Shown here: positions 34,853 to 44,690 of the stretch, in pieces
How positions within the stretch are numbered: the stretch's first letter is position 1
How the letters are laid out: each line of letters begins with the position of its first letter
From: an uncultured Nitrospinota bacterium
GTDB taxonomy: Bacteria; Tectomicrobia; Entotheonellia; J063; CAVPRW01
Reading direction: 5' to 3'
DNA: 64,000 nt
Assembly (NCBI GenBank): GCA_963707985.1
Contig: CAVPRW010000023.1
Location: 96,001 to 160,000 of the forward strand
Made by a program: the position numbers and the translations under genes
Notes under the pieces: generated by a model
Told to the model about the DNA's origin: nothing
Database searches by the model: none
The model's input: the letters and a program-made list of their open reading frames with translations, nothing else

Positions 34853-35322
34853 TCAGGCGTGATGCCGCTGGGCGGCAATAAGTTGGGCATAAGACCCATT
34901 GGCCGAGACCAGGTCGGCATGGAGCCCCCTGGCAATAGCCAGGTCCCTCACGCCAGCGCTCCACAAATTCACTGCCAAGATCCGCATAGTTGCCCAGTAA
35001 AGGGTCTCGGATTGCTTGGCAATCTCCTGTCCCCTGGCCTTCCCACGCGTGCAGGCTTTCAGTGTTGGCAGCCCCTGGAGGCGCTATCCAGCACGACTGC
35101 GGCGAAGCTGGCGTAGGCCTGCCAGTGCCAGTTGCTACCGTGGCGCGTGGCCTTACGGAAGAGCCAGGGTCCCAGGAGCGCTAGCAGCGGAAACACGCCC
35201 ATTAGCACCGCCACCGGCGGATCCAGCAACCACAAATAGACGAGGAGGCCGATGGCCACGAGGCTAGCGATACGCCACCGCACACCAGCGGTCAGCGCCA
35301 GTAGCTCCCGGCTCCAATGCAT
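34853..35322 (-). pseudogene. Heavily deleted ABC exporter (CydD/C-like) gene
   Basis: N-terminal MHWSRELLALTAGVRWRI, TM fragment ...YASFAAVVLDS, and C-terminal [22 protein letters not shown] within 470 nt. Confidence 0.6.
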
Positions 35323-35531
35323 AACCACCTCCTGCAACATATTGCTCGGTTGACGGATACGCCTGAGCGCTGTAACAACAGCCCATCAGGATCCCTCGAG
35401 TGGCCCATGACACGCCGCGAGCATACTACGCTCGGAGTCGTGCATCAAGCCGGCATGTTGCACACCACATTGGATACCGCTATACGCAACTCACTGATTA
35501 TCGAGAAACTCCCCGGCAGTTAAGCACACCT

Positions 35532-35705
35532 ATGCAGTTCGGAGCCCACTATCTGCCGACGTATCTCCCTGAACTCGATGGGCCAGCGCCGGAATTCTAC
35601 GGCAGTATGATCCAACAGATAGAGCTGCTGGATCGCGTGGGGTTCCACCAGAATCTGGGTGACCGAGCACCATTTCCATTAAGATGGTGGCACGATTCCC
35701 GATCC
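35532..35705 (+). pseudogene. LLM flavin-dependent oxidoreductase N-terminal fragment
   Basis: MQFGAHYLPTY...LDRVGF, then WVTEHHF in a shifted frame, then a stop. Confidence 0.65.
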
Positions 35706-35759
35706 AGCTGCGATACGTATAGTTGGAAGGAGGACAGAAGCGCAATGCGGTGCCGATCG

Positions 35760-36075
35760 CACGAGGACGTCGGGTTGGTCGGGGGCCTTGGATTGGGTCG
35801 CACAGGAGGGGGTGTGGGATGCGTCACCTCTTGCTCACACAGAACACCATGCGGTTTGTGTGTCAGGCCAGCAAACGGTTGAGGCGTTTGCGAGTGTTTG
35901 CGCCGGGGTTTGACGAACACAGCCTGGGCTGGCCTTTGTGGTATCACCGTGCATCCGCTTGGCCTAATGTAGTGAAGCATAACACATCACCACAGGAGCC
36001 CCAAGACCACCAGGTGATAGAAGAAAAGGTGCGGCATCATGACATGGCCCCCTTACACAGTGGTGTAACGGGGGC
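35760..36075 (-). mobile_element. Possible transposase N-terminal remnant
   Basis: KPRRKHSQTPQPFAGLTHKPHGVLCEQ resembles leaders of IS1-like transposases; recognition is weak. Confidence 0.35.
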
Positions 36076-36132
36076 ATTGTATCAGGTTTCCGGGGTGGAG
36101 CAATTGTCCGCAGACTATAGGTACACGACCCA

Positions 36133-36186
36133 GGCTAACGATTGGCCGTTCAGCGGCAGCCCGTCCGCCGCAACAGCTTGTTGGCC
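36133..36186. repeat. attC-like imperfect palindrome
   Basis: GGCTAAC...GTTGGCC outer boxes; inner arms CCGTTCAGCGG and CCGCCGCAACAG with a bulged base. Confidence 0.5.
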
Positions 36187-36313
36187 GGCACTCAGATGCA
36201 TTTGCGTTGCCTGAAGGTGTGACGTCCTTCGTGGTCAGGTCGAACCATTCGCCCTTCTTCCTTGGATCGTGGAGGGCGAGGACCGCCGTCGCGGGAGAAG
36301 TTGCGATGCGCGC

Positions 36314-39048
36314 TCACACTGCGCGTACCCACGCGAGTGCGAGCTCCGAGACCGCCACGGGCGCGATCGTGTCGTCGCCGGGATACTCGGCGCGAACCTC
36401 ACCCATCATCGCAACGAGCCGCGCGTTCGCCGCCTGGCGACCGATCTCGAACGCCCGCCGCGCCTCCGCGATGTCGACCCGTGGCGGCCCCTGCGTGGCC
36501 TCGGTCACGTGCTCGACGAGCTCGGGCTTCGACTTGGCCACGTCGCCCCCGACGGGGACGACGAACGACGCGAGCTCCCGCCGAAGCACGAGTGACTGCG
36601 TGCCCTCGGTGCGCGCGACCTGAAGCTCGAACAGCTGCCACGTTCCCTGCCCCGGGCGCGCCCATCCGAGGTGCTTCGCCGGCACATCGAGCGACGCGAC
36701 GGCCGAAAAATCGCGGTATTGCACGTGTTGCACCATCGCCTCGAACACGGGGTCTCCAAAACGGAGCAGGCGCGCGCCCTTCTGCGCGACCTCCTTGTCG
36801 ACCGTCGCATTCCCCACCTTCTCGGTCGATACGCTCCCCGCAACGGCCTATGGATCCCGCTTCTGCCGCTCGGCAGCCAGCTCGGCAAGCTTCTGCGAAG
36901 GCTTGAAAGAGAAGCGCTTTTCCCCCTCGTCGCGGTAGCCGAGCCGTGCGTTCTCGCAGTATTGCTTGACGAAGAACTCGAGGTGATCGCTCGTGACTCG
37001 GGATTGGACCTTGTTGTAGTCGTCCAGGTTGAAAAGAGGGAGGCCCTTGAACATCCCGGTCATCTCGGGGTTCCCCATGATCTCCTCGAGGTGCTTCGCC
37101 TTCTCGTCGATGGTGTTCTTGACTCTCTCTTCGCCCTCTTTGATGGCAATCTCGTGGAGATCTTCCAGCGAGAGCCCTTCCACCGCGGCTTGCCCCAGCA
37201 CGTCGCCGAGGAGGTCTTCCCTGCCTTCGCCCGTCGCCTGGGCGAGCGCGTCCACCACGTCAACGAGCTTCCTCTCGAGGTATTCGTAGACCTTGTTGTC
37301 GGCGTACGCGTCGCTGTCGGTATCGACCTTGAGGTTGTACACGACGACGGGTTTGGTCTGCCCGTAGCGGTAGACGCGCCCGATCCGCTGCTGGAGCACG
37401 TTCGGGTTCCACGGGAGATCGTAGTTCACGATCGTGTGGCACCGCCGCTGCAAGTTGAGCCCCTCGCCGCCCGCCGCCGTGGAGACGATGAAGCGCGGCT
37501 GGTCCTCCTCGTTGAACCTCCGCACGACCTCTTTCCGCTCGTCGAACTTCTTCGAGCCGTGGATGGTCTCCACGCTTTCCTTGCCGAACAACCGCGTGAG
37601 GGAATTCGTCAGCACGTCCTGCGTCGCACGGTATTCGGTGAAGATGAGCACCTTCACGTCGGGCGTACTCTTGACGAGATTCCGGAGCCCGCGCGAGAAC
37701 CCGTCGAGCTTCGAATCGGGGCCAGGCAATGCCTCGAGGCGAGCGAGGAGCCCGGCAACGAGCTTCTCCTCGCCGCGGATCAGGCTCTGTTTCCCCTTCT
37801 TCGCGCCCTCCACGGCGGCCGCTGCGTTCTCGTCCGGCATCTCGCCGTCCCCGCCTTCGGGTTCACTCTGGGTTCCCCGCAACACGTTGATCCGTCGCTC
37901 CATCGCCGACTTCAGCGCCTCACGTGATGACGAGGCGAGCTTACCGAAGGTAACCATCAAGAAGCCCACCGCCGGCCGGTCCTTTTTGTCGAGCTTGCCG
38001 GCCTCGTCGTACCCGTGCTTCAGGTAGCTCTTCACCTCCTCAGCGAACGCGACCTCGGCCTCCGTGGGCCGAAACTCGAGGATCGTCGACGCGATGCCGT
38101 GGAAGATCTTGTTGCCCTTCGCGTCCGTCACCAGGTGCTTCCGGTTCCGGATGATCATCTTCGCGAGCGGCAAGTCCGGGAGACCCGTCAAGCGCTTGGT
38201 CGGCCTGTCGACGAGATCCGGTCGCAGGAGATGGAGCATGTTGCAGAAGTGATCGTGGTTGCCCGAATATGGCGTCGCGGTCAGGAAGATCGTGTTCTTG
38301 GACTTCTTCTTCTCACGCAGGTCCTTGGCGAGCTCGTACGTCAGAACACTTGGGCGCGTAAGGTGATGCGCTTCGTCGAAGATGACGAGATCCCAAGGGT
38401 GAGCGTCCAGCGCCGCCTTCTTAGGACCGCGAGAGCTTCAACGTGTCGATCGACGCGACCACCTGGTCGAACGTCTCCAGTTCGTTCACGTTGTCGCGGT
38501 GGAAGATGTTGAATACGCGCCCGAACCGCGCATTGAGCTCGACCTGCCACTGACGCACGAGCCCCGCCGGAGCGACGACCAAGCAGCGGAGCGCGCCGCC
38601 GGCGCGGTGGCGCATGACCTCGAGGATCATGCCGGCCTCGATGGTCTTGCCGAGGCCAACGTCATCGGCGATGAGCCAATGGCGGCCGCCGTCCTCGGCG
38701 GGCGGGCTCGTGAGCACACGGTTCGTGACGACGACCTGGTGCGGCAGCATGTCGAACGGCTGGTTCGTGATTTCGCCGGTCTGCTCGTGGCGGGCCTCGA
38801 ACCAGCGGCCGAGAACCCGTAGCTGGAACGGCACCGTGGCGCCTGGCCCTGCGCTCGCGAGCTGGCTGGCCAAATCCTCGACGATGCGAAGTTGCGCCTC
38901 GGTGTAATACACGAGGACCGCGGTCGCCGCTCCAGACGACGGATGCCATTCGGACGTCCGCAACCTCCTTGACGAAATCGACGACACCGACCCCGAGCGA
39001 CGCATCGCTCACGTGCTCGACCCGATCTCCTGCCTTCAACGCAGCCAT
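36314..39048 (-). CDS. SNF2-family helicase (RapA/DrmD-like); three frameshifts (near 38908, 38425 and 36850)
   Basis: LIADDVGLGKTIEAG, IFDEAHH, LTATP, GGEGLNLQ and NYDLPWNP...QRIGRVYRYGQ. Confidence 0.9.
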
Positions 39049-39803
39049 CCGATGCCTCCTTGTGCCTCGCGGCGATAGCGGAGCCCGAGGCGGCCAAGTT
39101 CCACGTGTCGCGACGGGATCTCCGCCCCTCCGAGCAGGTGCTTGGCCGCCTCACGGAGCACCCCGTCGAAGATGTCTTTCTGCTTTCGCGCGGCCTCCGC
39201 GAGCGCGGCGCCGAGACCCGGAGGCGCGCCCTCCCACCAAGGGCCGCGCGGGTGACACGCGTATACGGCGCCGGCGATGCGGACGGTCTCCTTCGCATCG
39301 ACGATGTCGGCCGGAAGCTCGAGGCTCGCGGCGAGGTCGGCCCTCAGCTGGTAAGGCTCGCGATCGTCCTTGAGATCTTCCCAGCCCTCGGGCGGTCTCC
39401 CGATGACGAGCTGTAGAAACACGTCAAGCGCCAACAGCCACGGCACATCGTCGGATCGCCGATCCTTCCCGGCATTCGCGCGCGCGTGGAGGTTCACGGC
39501 GTCGACGAGCGCCCTTTCCGACACGCCCTGAGGGTTGACGACGGCCAGTGCGATCTTCCCGATCTCGCTTTCGACATCGTAGACGCGGAGCGACGTCCCC
39601 TGCATGGAGTAGGGATGCGGAACGACGATCATCCCGTGCTGGTCGAGCGTGCTAAGCAGATCCCGTGCGATCCCCTCCGTCAGGCGGCCGATGCCGAACC
39701 GCTCGCGGAGCGTATCCCTCTGCATCGTGAGGAAGCCGCCATGCTCGCCCACGTCGCGCTTCAGGCCCACTGCCGCCTCGTTCCAATCAATCGTCTTCTC
39801 CAT
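39036..39803 (-). CDS. Hypothetical protein overlapping the PLD and SNF2 genes
   Basis: 255-aa ORF overlapping both neighbours, with the same GC-rich codon style. Confidence 0.7.
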   Translation of the reverse strand: MEKTIDWNEAAVGLKRDVGEHGGFLTMQRDTLRERFGIGRLTEGIARDLLSTLDQHGMIVVPHPYSMQGTSLRVYDVESEIGKIALAVVNPQGVSERALVDAVNLHARANAGKDRRSDDVPWLLALDVFLQLVIGRPPEGWEDLKDDREPYQLRADLAASLELPADIVDAKETVRIAGAVYACHPRGPWWEGAPPGLGAALAEAARKQKDIFDGVLREAAKHLLGGAEIPSRHVELGRLGLRYRREAQGGIGWLR

Positions 39804-41402
39804 CGGTGCCTCCGTCCTCATCCACGTGGAGTAACTCTTCCATCGTCACGATGGCGAAGTCGTCCGCTTTGCCGACGAGCTCGTTCACTTCGGCCGTCAC
39901 CTTCTCGAAGCCGACGCGCTCGTCCTCCCACCGGGCGGTGACGTCGAGGAGGTGGAGGGCGAGGGCACCGCTCGGCTCCTCACCCTCCTCCAAGCGGCGT
40001 TTGGCGATCCGTGCAGCGAGCTCGCGCCCCACGAAGGAACGGAAGCGTCGGGGCCAGACGCCCGTGCGGTACGTCGCGGCGAACGTCGATTGCACCAGGT
40101 CGACGAAGAATGAGCGTGCGACGACGCGGAGGTCGAGGTCCGACGCCAGCGCCTGGCGTTGGGTGCGGAACCCGACGGCGCGCGCGACGAGCTCCGGTGT
40201 CCGGTCGGCAAGCTGGGCGCCAAAATAAACAAGCAACTCGGCTCGGAGATCGCCCTCGCGCCCTGGCTTGGCAAGGCCGTCGCTCTTGAGGTCGGCGACG
40301 ATCGCGTCGACTTCGCGCTCGATGCCAGCACCGTCGAGCTCGCGGTGACGCCGCGCGGCGGCCGCGCGGATGGCCTCCATCGAGATCCCAGCGTCTTGGA
40401 CCTTGGCCGCCGCCTGTTGAAAAAGATCCCAGTAGGCCGTCGGCATCCATAGCCCGAAGCACGGGAGGTTCAGCGTGAGCTTGCCGAGGATGCTCCGCGT
40501 CCTGCGGGCGTCCTTACGCAGCCGCTCATCCTCCTCGTCCGGGAGGAGCCGCACGCCATACCCCGCAGAGACGGTCTTCTCGGTCGCGCGCCCAATCTTC
40601 TTCTTCGCCTTGCGATCGATCAGACCGAGGTGCTCGAGCTGCTCCCCGGGCGTCCGGATCACCAGCACATCGAGCCCGCGACGGCCGCGTCCGACGATGC
40701 TACCGGCCCGGAGCCAATCGCCAACGAACGTGTCGATCGGGACGTCCAGTGGCGGCGGGTCGGGGAACGTCCAGGGCAGTAGCAGTAGTTTGGGTTTAGT
40801 TGTTCCATCCGGGGGCAAAACGGGGGGACGGGTGTCCTTGAGGTTTTCTGCCAATACCAGCAGTTCGGCGGCGTCGCGGCGCGTACCGCCGAGGTTCGAC
40901 GCGAAGCGCTGGAACGCTAGGCTCACTTCCGGCTCGCCGAGGAGGTTCACCCAGAGGCCAAGCTCGTGGTTTTGCGCGAAAGCCTTCTCGGTCAGGTTTG
41001 CGGAGCCGACCAAAAGGGTGGCGGTCCCGTCTGGGAGCTTAGCGAACACCGCTTTCGCGTGCAGCAGCCCCGCATGCTCAGGGACGACGCGAACCTCAAG
41101 CTTATTTGGGAACGCCTTCACCAAGCTCGCGAGCTTCTCGAAGACGTCCGAGGCGTTGAAGTGCTGCCGGTCGAGCGCGCGGACGAGCGTCCCCTGGCCG
41201 CCCGCATCAAGACACGTCCGCATTGCCGGCTCAAGCAGGGCGATGCCGTCCGAGGTGGCGAACGCGGTGACGAGCACGAAGTGCTCCGCGCTCGCGATGT
41301 CGCGGTGAACGCGCTCGAGGAAGGCTCCGCGCTCGCGATGTCGCGGTGAACGCGCTCGAGGAAGGCTCCGCGCTCGTTGGGTGTGAGGAGCTGCACGTTC
41401 AT
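39787..41402 (-). CDS. Phospholipase D (HKD) nuclease-domain protein; frameshifted by a 41-bp tandem duplication
   Basis: LVTAFAT, LHAKAVF and VGSANLTEKAFAQNHELG; long unknown C-terminal region. Confidence 0.85.
41283..41376. repeat. 41-bp tandem duplication bounded by 12-bp microhomology
   Basis: Identical units 41283-41323 and 41324-41364, plus a third GCTCCGCGCTCG at 41365-41376. Confidence 0.95.
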
Positions 41403-41633
41403 GTCGACGTCCTTAACAGAAAAACGTTTGGTTGGCCCAATCCGGCGTCGCCCCAATGCCGGTTACGTATGTAGATCGTGGCACAGCGCCTCGTCCGCCC
41501 AGCGCCAGCCGTCGCCTGCACGCTTTTGTTCGGCCATGATGCCCCGGAAGGCTACCGACGAGCAAAACCCCCGGGCGTGTACGACCCGGTACCTGGTTCA
41601 CGACATTCTGTAGCGGAGGCAGCGAGGGACACG

Positions 41634-41805
41634 CTAGAGCGCTGATCAATTCATACGTCGCGTCAGCGCTACTCTTCGGAAAAAACGCAAGTAACACACA
41701 GTCAGTCTCTCGGCAGGAAAAGGCCGCCTTGCTATAGAAGTCTGCAATTTACTAATTTTTCTGATTATCCACAGCAGGTACCAAAGTCATTGATCAGCGC
41801 TCTAG
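41634..41805. mobile_element. 172-bp MITE
   Basis: Perfect 17-bp inverted ends CTAGAGCGCTGATCAAT and ATTGATCAGCGCTCTAG; no transposase motif inside. Confidence 0.8.
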
Positions 41806-41808
41806 GGA

Positions 41809-42024
41809 TTACCTCACCGATGAATGCCGTTTGCTGAGGGTCTCCAGATGCTGCTTGGCAGCCACGAGCAACTCTTCATCCTCCATCTCCCAAATGGCCT
41901 CGTTAGTTGGCCCTTTCGCTAGATAGGAGAGATTTGCGAGCAATTGGCCGAAGCGAACCTCAGGACAGGAGGCACTCAGGTCCGCTAACACGCGCAGAAT
42001 CTCTTGTCGGACTGGATACATCAT
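41809..42024 (-). CDS. Small helical hypothetical protein (candidate antitoxin/immunity partner)
   Basis: 71 aa; PEVRFGQLLANL...WEMEDEELL; ATGA overlap with the upstream gene. Confidence 0.65.
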   Translation of the reverse strand: MMYPVRQEILRVLADLSASCPEVRFGQLLANLSYLAKGPTNEAIWEMEDEELLVAAKQHLETLSKRHSSVR

Positions 42025-42323
42025 GGTAATTGTTCTCCAACAGTGGGCAAATGACCGCATGGGGCCGTAAGGTCACCTATCACTTCGACGCGCACAGGCG
42101 TTCCCGGTAACAGGGTAGCTACCCGCGTAGCTCTAGTTACCCCATCATAGATCATGAGCGCGCCATCGGACCCGCGATAGACCCATAACGTCGACAGCCC
42201 CTCAACGGAGGCCCCATAGGCGGCAATCTGGCGCTGTAATTTGACGGGATCTGCGCCAGAGGCTCGGGACGGCGGCAGATGCAAGGTTCTCGGATCGACC
42301 TCGAGGTATTCAGCCTCACTCAT
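42021..42323 (-). CDS. ParB/Srx-like single-domain protein
   Basis: VDPRTLHLP...LMIYDGVTRATR resembles the ParB/Srx DG-x-R core. Confidence 0.6.
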   Translation of the reverse strand: MSEAEYLEVDPRTLHLPPSRASGADPVKLQRQIAAYGASVEGLSTLWVYRGSDGALMIYDGVTRATRVATLLPGTPVRVEVIGDLTAPCGHLPTVGEQLP

Positions 42324-42372
42324 ACCTTTGCATTATACCAACTCGTAGCCTCCGACGTATCTGTTTTCTGGG

Positions 42373-42436
42373 GCCGAACGGTCTGCCGATGATATGCGAA
42401 CGCGTAGCGCGAGTCAGGTCCAGCGGCGTGTTCAGC
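42373..42436. repeat. attC-like imperfect palindrome
   Basis: GCCGAAC...GTTCAGC outer boxes with degenerate inner arms around CGCGTAGCGCG. Confidence 0.45.
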
Positions 42437-42529
42437 AGTGCCGCCGAGGCTCCATTTATGCCTGGTGAGATCCGTCGCCGTACGCCTCAGTCTGCGTCAG
42501 CTCCCGAGCACCCTCTGTGCCAATATCAA

Positions 42530-43292
42530 TGAGATACCTCCCTTAGGATAAATTTGTGAAGGGCGGGGAGGTAAGGATCAATGAACCAGGGTACACGGAT
42601 AGGTGCCATGGCTGAGTCCTCTGCCCAAGAGGCTGGACCTGGCCGTGAGTGCCGTGATGTGGAGGTCTCATCGGTGTCGCAGCGGCGTCGTTGGACCGCG
42701 GCAGACAAGGGCCGTGTGTTGGCGGTAGCAGATGCCTGCCCAGCACCAGGGCAGGTGGATGCCCTGTGGCGCCGGGAAGGCATGGACTCTGCCCATCTGA
42801 CCACCTGGCGACGGCCACGCGAGCACGGGATGTTGGAGGCCCAGACGCCGAAAAAACGGGGGCGCCAAGCCCGGGGCCTGGACCCTCTAGCCCAGCGGGT
42901 GGCGCCGCTCGAACGCGACCATGCGCGCCTGAGCCAGCAGCTCACACAGGCGGACACGAGTATGGAGGTGCAAAGAAAGTCTCCGAGCTGTTGGGGATGC
43001 CACGAGAGGGGAGCCCGCCGGGAGGGAACCTCTCCTGGTAGCGACGAGGAGCTTAGCGCAGGACGTTGGCGCCAGGGCGGCGTGTGAGGCGCTGGGCGTG
43101 CCGCGCGCCCGTGACGATCGTGACCAGTCACGCCTGGAGCGAGCGCGTCGCCAGGGCGAGCAGCTGGCATCGGCCGCTCGCCTTGAGGTGCGAGGAACCG
43201 CAGGTGGTTTTGGCGCTCTGGCACGCTGTGCGTTGCGTGGATAATTACCCGCCGGAGGTATAGGCCACCCTCCTGGATGAAGGGCTCTACCA
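42530..43292 (+). mobile_element. IS3-family remnant (orfA and start of orfB, degraded)
   Basis: RRRWTAADKGRVL...WRREG...LTTWRR; VQKKVSELLG; orfB breaks off after ATLLDEGLY. Confidence 0.75.
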
Positions 43293-43299
43293 CAGCTCC

Positions 43300-43693
43300 A
43301 TCCGGAGCATGGACTGATCGAGAGGAGGACTTTAGAGGATTGCGTGAGCAATTCTTTCGACATCTGGAGTCGTATGATCGTATTCTTTCGCTGCGGCGGC
43401 TTCGTCGGACGAGAACCTATACATGGCATTATGAACTGGTAGAAATTCCGAAAAATCTTTTGCTCGAAGCAAGAAATGGTGTACTAAGAATCATGCATCA
43501 GAGTAGACAATTCCCAAGGCCAGCTTATTATGATGTCACTGATTCCAGTGGCGCTAGCCAATTCCAGCTCTATTTTAATGCAGGCGGTAAACGAAAATTA
43601 CAGATGAAAGGGATGAACAAAGCCTACTGTATCGTTCATGCCGAGTGGTGTTTTGAAACGAGCATCTCAGAAACCGATTCCTTACTGACTTGA
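43300..43693 (+). pseudogene. C-terminal half of a SmaI-like type II restriction endonuclease
   Basis: FFRHLESYDRILSLR...YELVEIPKNLLLEA...LYFNAGGKRKLQMK...CIVHAEW parallels the R.SmaI C-terminus as recalled; N-terminus replaced by the IS3 remnant. Confidence 0.7.
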
Positions 43694-43705
43694 CTCGCCA
43701 CAGCG

Positions 43706-44413
43706 CTATTCGCACTTCTCGGATTTTCGGAAGACTAGCCAATAGCAGTGATGCCGTCTTGCATGATGGGCCACTTGCCATTTCGGATCAACAATGGGTC
43801 CCTTCCGGATCTTCACAATGCAGTCACATGGACAGAAGCCAGCAGTCGTAGCAGCTTGGATGAGATCGACATGTGCCCATTGCATGCGATGGTTGTGGAC
43901 GTAATCCGCGATTTTACACAGTAAAACCCCCTCTGACTTCAATAGCCGATACGCCTCGTGGACAAACGGAAGATAGAGATGCGAAAAATTATAGCCTTGG
44001 GCAGCGGATGATTTAAGCACGAGGCCAAATCGGACATTGAAGTCTTTGGAGCGATCTTTCCCTTGATTGGGAATATGCGGCGGATCGTACACCACGACAT
44101 CAAAACTACCGTCGCGAAATGGCATGTCCAGGTTGTTACCCACAACGGATGGACGATAGCGGGGATTGATATCCAAGCCAATCACCGACCGCTGACTCCC
44201 TCGCCAGAAGCGTCCAGCGTTAACCGTCGCATCTAAGATGCGCTGAGGTGGTGTGTGAGGATAAAAACCGAGCATTGACTCTAAGAGTTCAGCATCTTCA
44301 CCTTGCCATACTGAGGGGAGCAGACGATACTGCGTACTCGAAGGGGCGGGTTCATCCTCCGTAAAGAGTGTGGACTGTGATTGAATGGCGTATGATCCCG
44401 CAGTATTCGCCAC
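43706..44413 (-). CDS. Amino-type DNA methyltransferase-like protein (DPPH motif)
   Basis: ILDATVNAGRFW (motif I-like), FDVVVYDPPH (motif IV-like), EAYRLLKSEGVL. Confidence 0.7.
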   Translation of the reverse strand: MANTAGSYAIQSQSTLFTEDEPAPSSTQYRLLPSVWQGEDAELLESMLGFYPHTPPQRILDATVNAGRFWRGSQRSVIGLDINPRYRPSVVGNNLDMPFRDGSFDVVVYDPPHIPNQGKDRSKDFNVRFGLVLKSSAAQGYNFSHLYLPFVHEAYRLLKSEGVLLCKIADYVHNHRMQWAHVDLIQAATTAGFCPCDCIVKIRKGPIVDPKWQVAHHARRHHCYWLVFRKSEKCE

Positions 44414-44690
44414 CTACTTGCCTCCTTCACCTATGGTCAAGGCTACCGCAACTCGTTGGTTCATACTTCAGCGGCTTCAATATAAGTCGTGAATCCATGG
44501 GCTGTCAAGCACCAAGCCTTCCCTCAGCCATGTTGACTCCGAACCGACCCACTACCGTCGTGTGATACCACTCATGCTCTGCTCGGAACATACTCAGCGC
44601 TATCTCGCTTACCCACAGCCTGCTGCCCAAACAGCTGGCAGCCTGCTTGTTGGACACACCCCATCCAGTCCTGGCCCCTCGTCGCCCCCT

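Noticed and set aside
36671..37927. Long plus-strand ORFs over the SNF2 gene, and similar ones over the hydantoinase genes
   Set aside because: These are antisense frames kept open by high GC codon bias.
41283..41376. Direct repeats as a CRISPR array
   Set aside because: The units are contiguous and identical with no spacers, and no cas genes are present.
36314..41402. Calling the block DISARM
   Set aside because: No DrmA, DrmB or cognate methylase is in the block.
41413..41630. Tail of a fourth operon gene (NQVPGRTRPG, helicase motif VI-like)
   Set aside because: It is too short and the similarity too weak to support.
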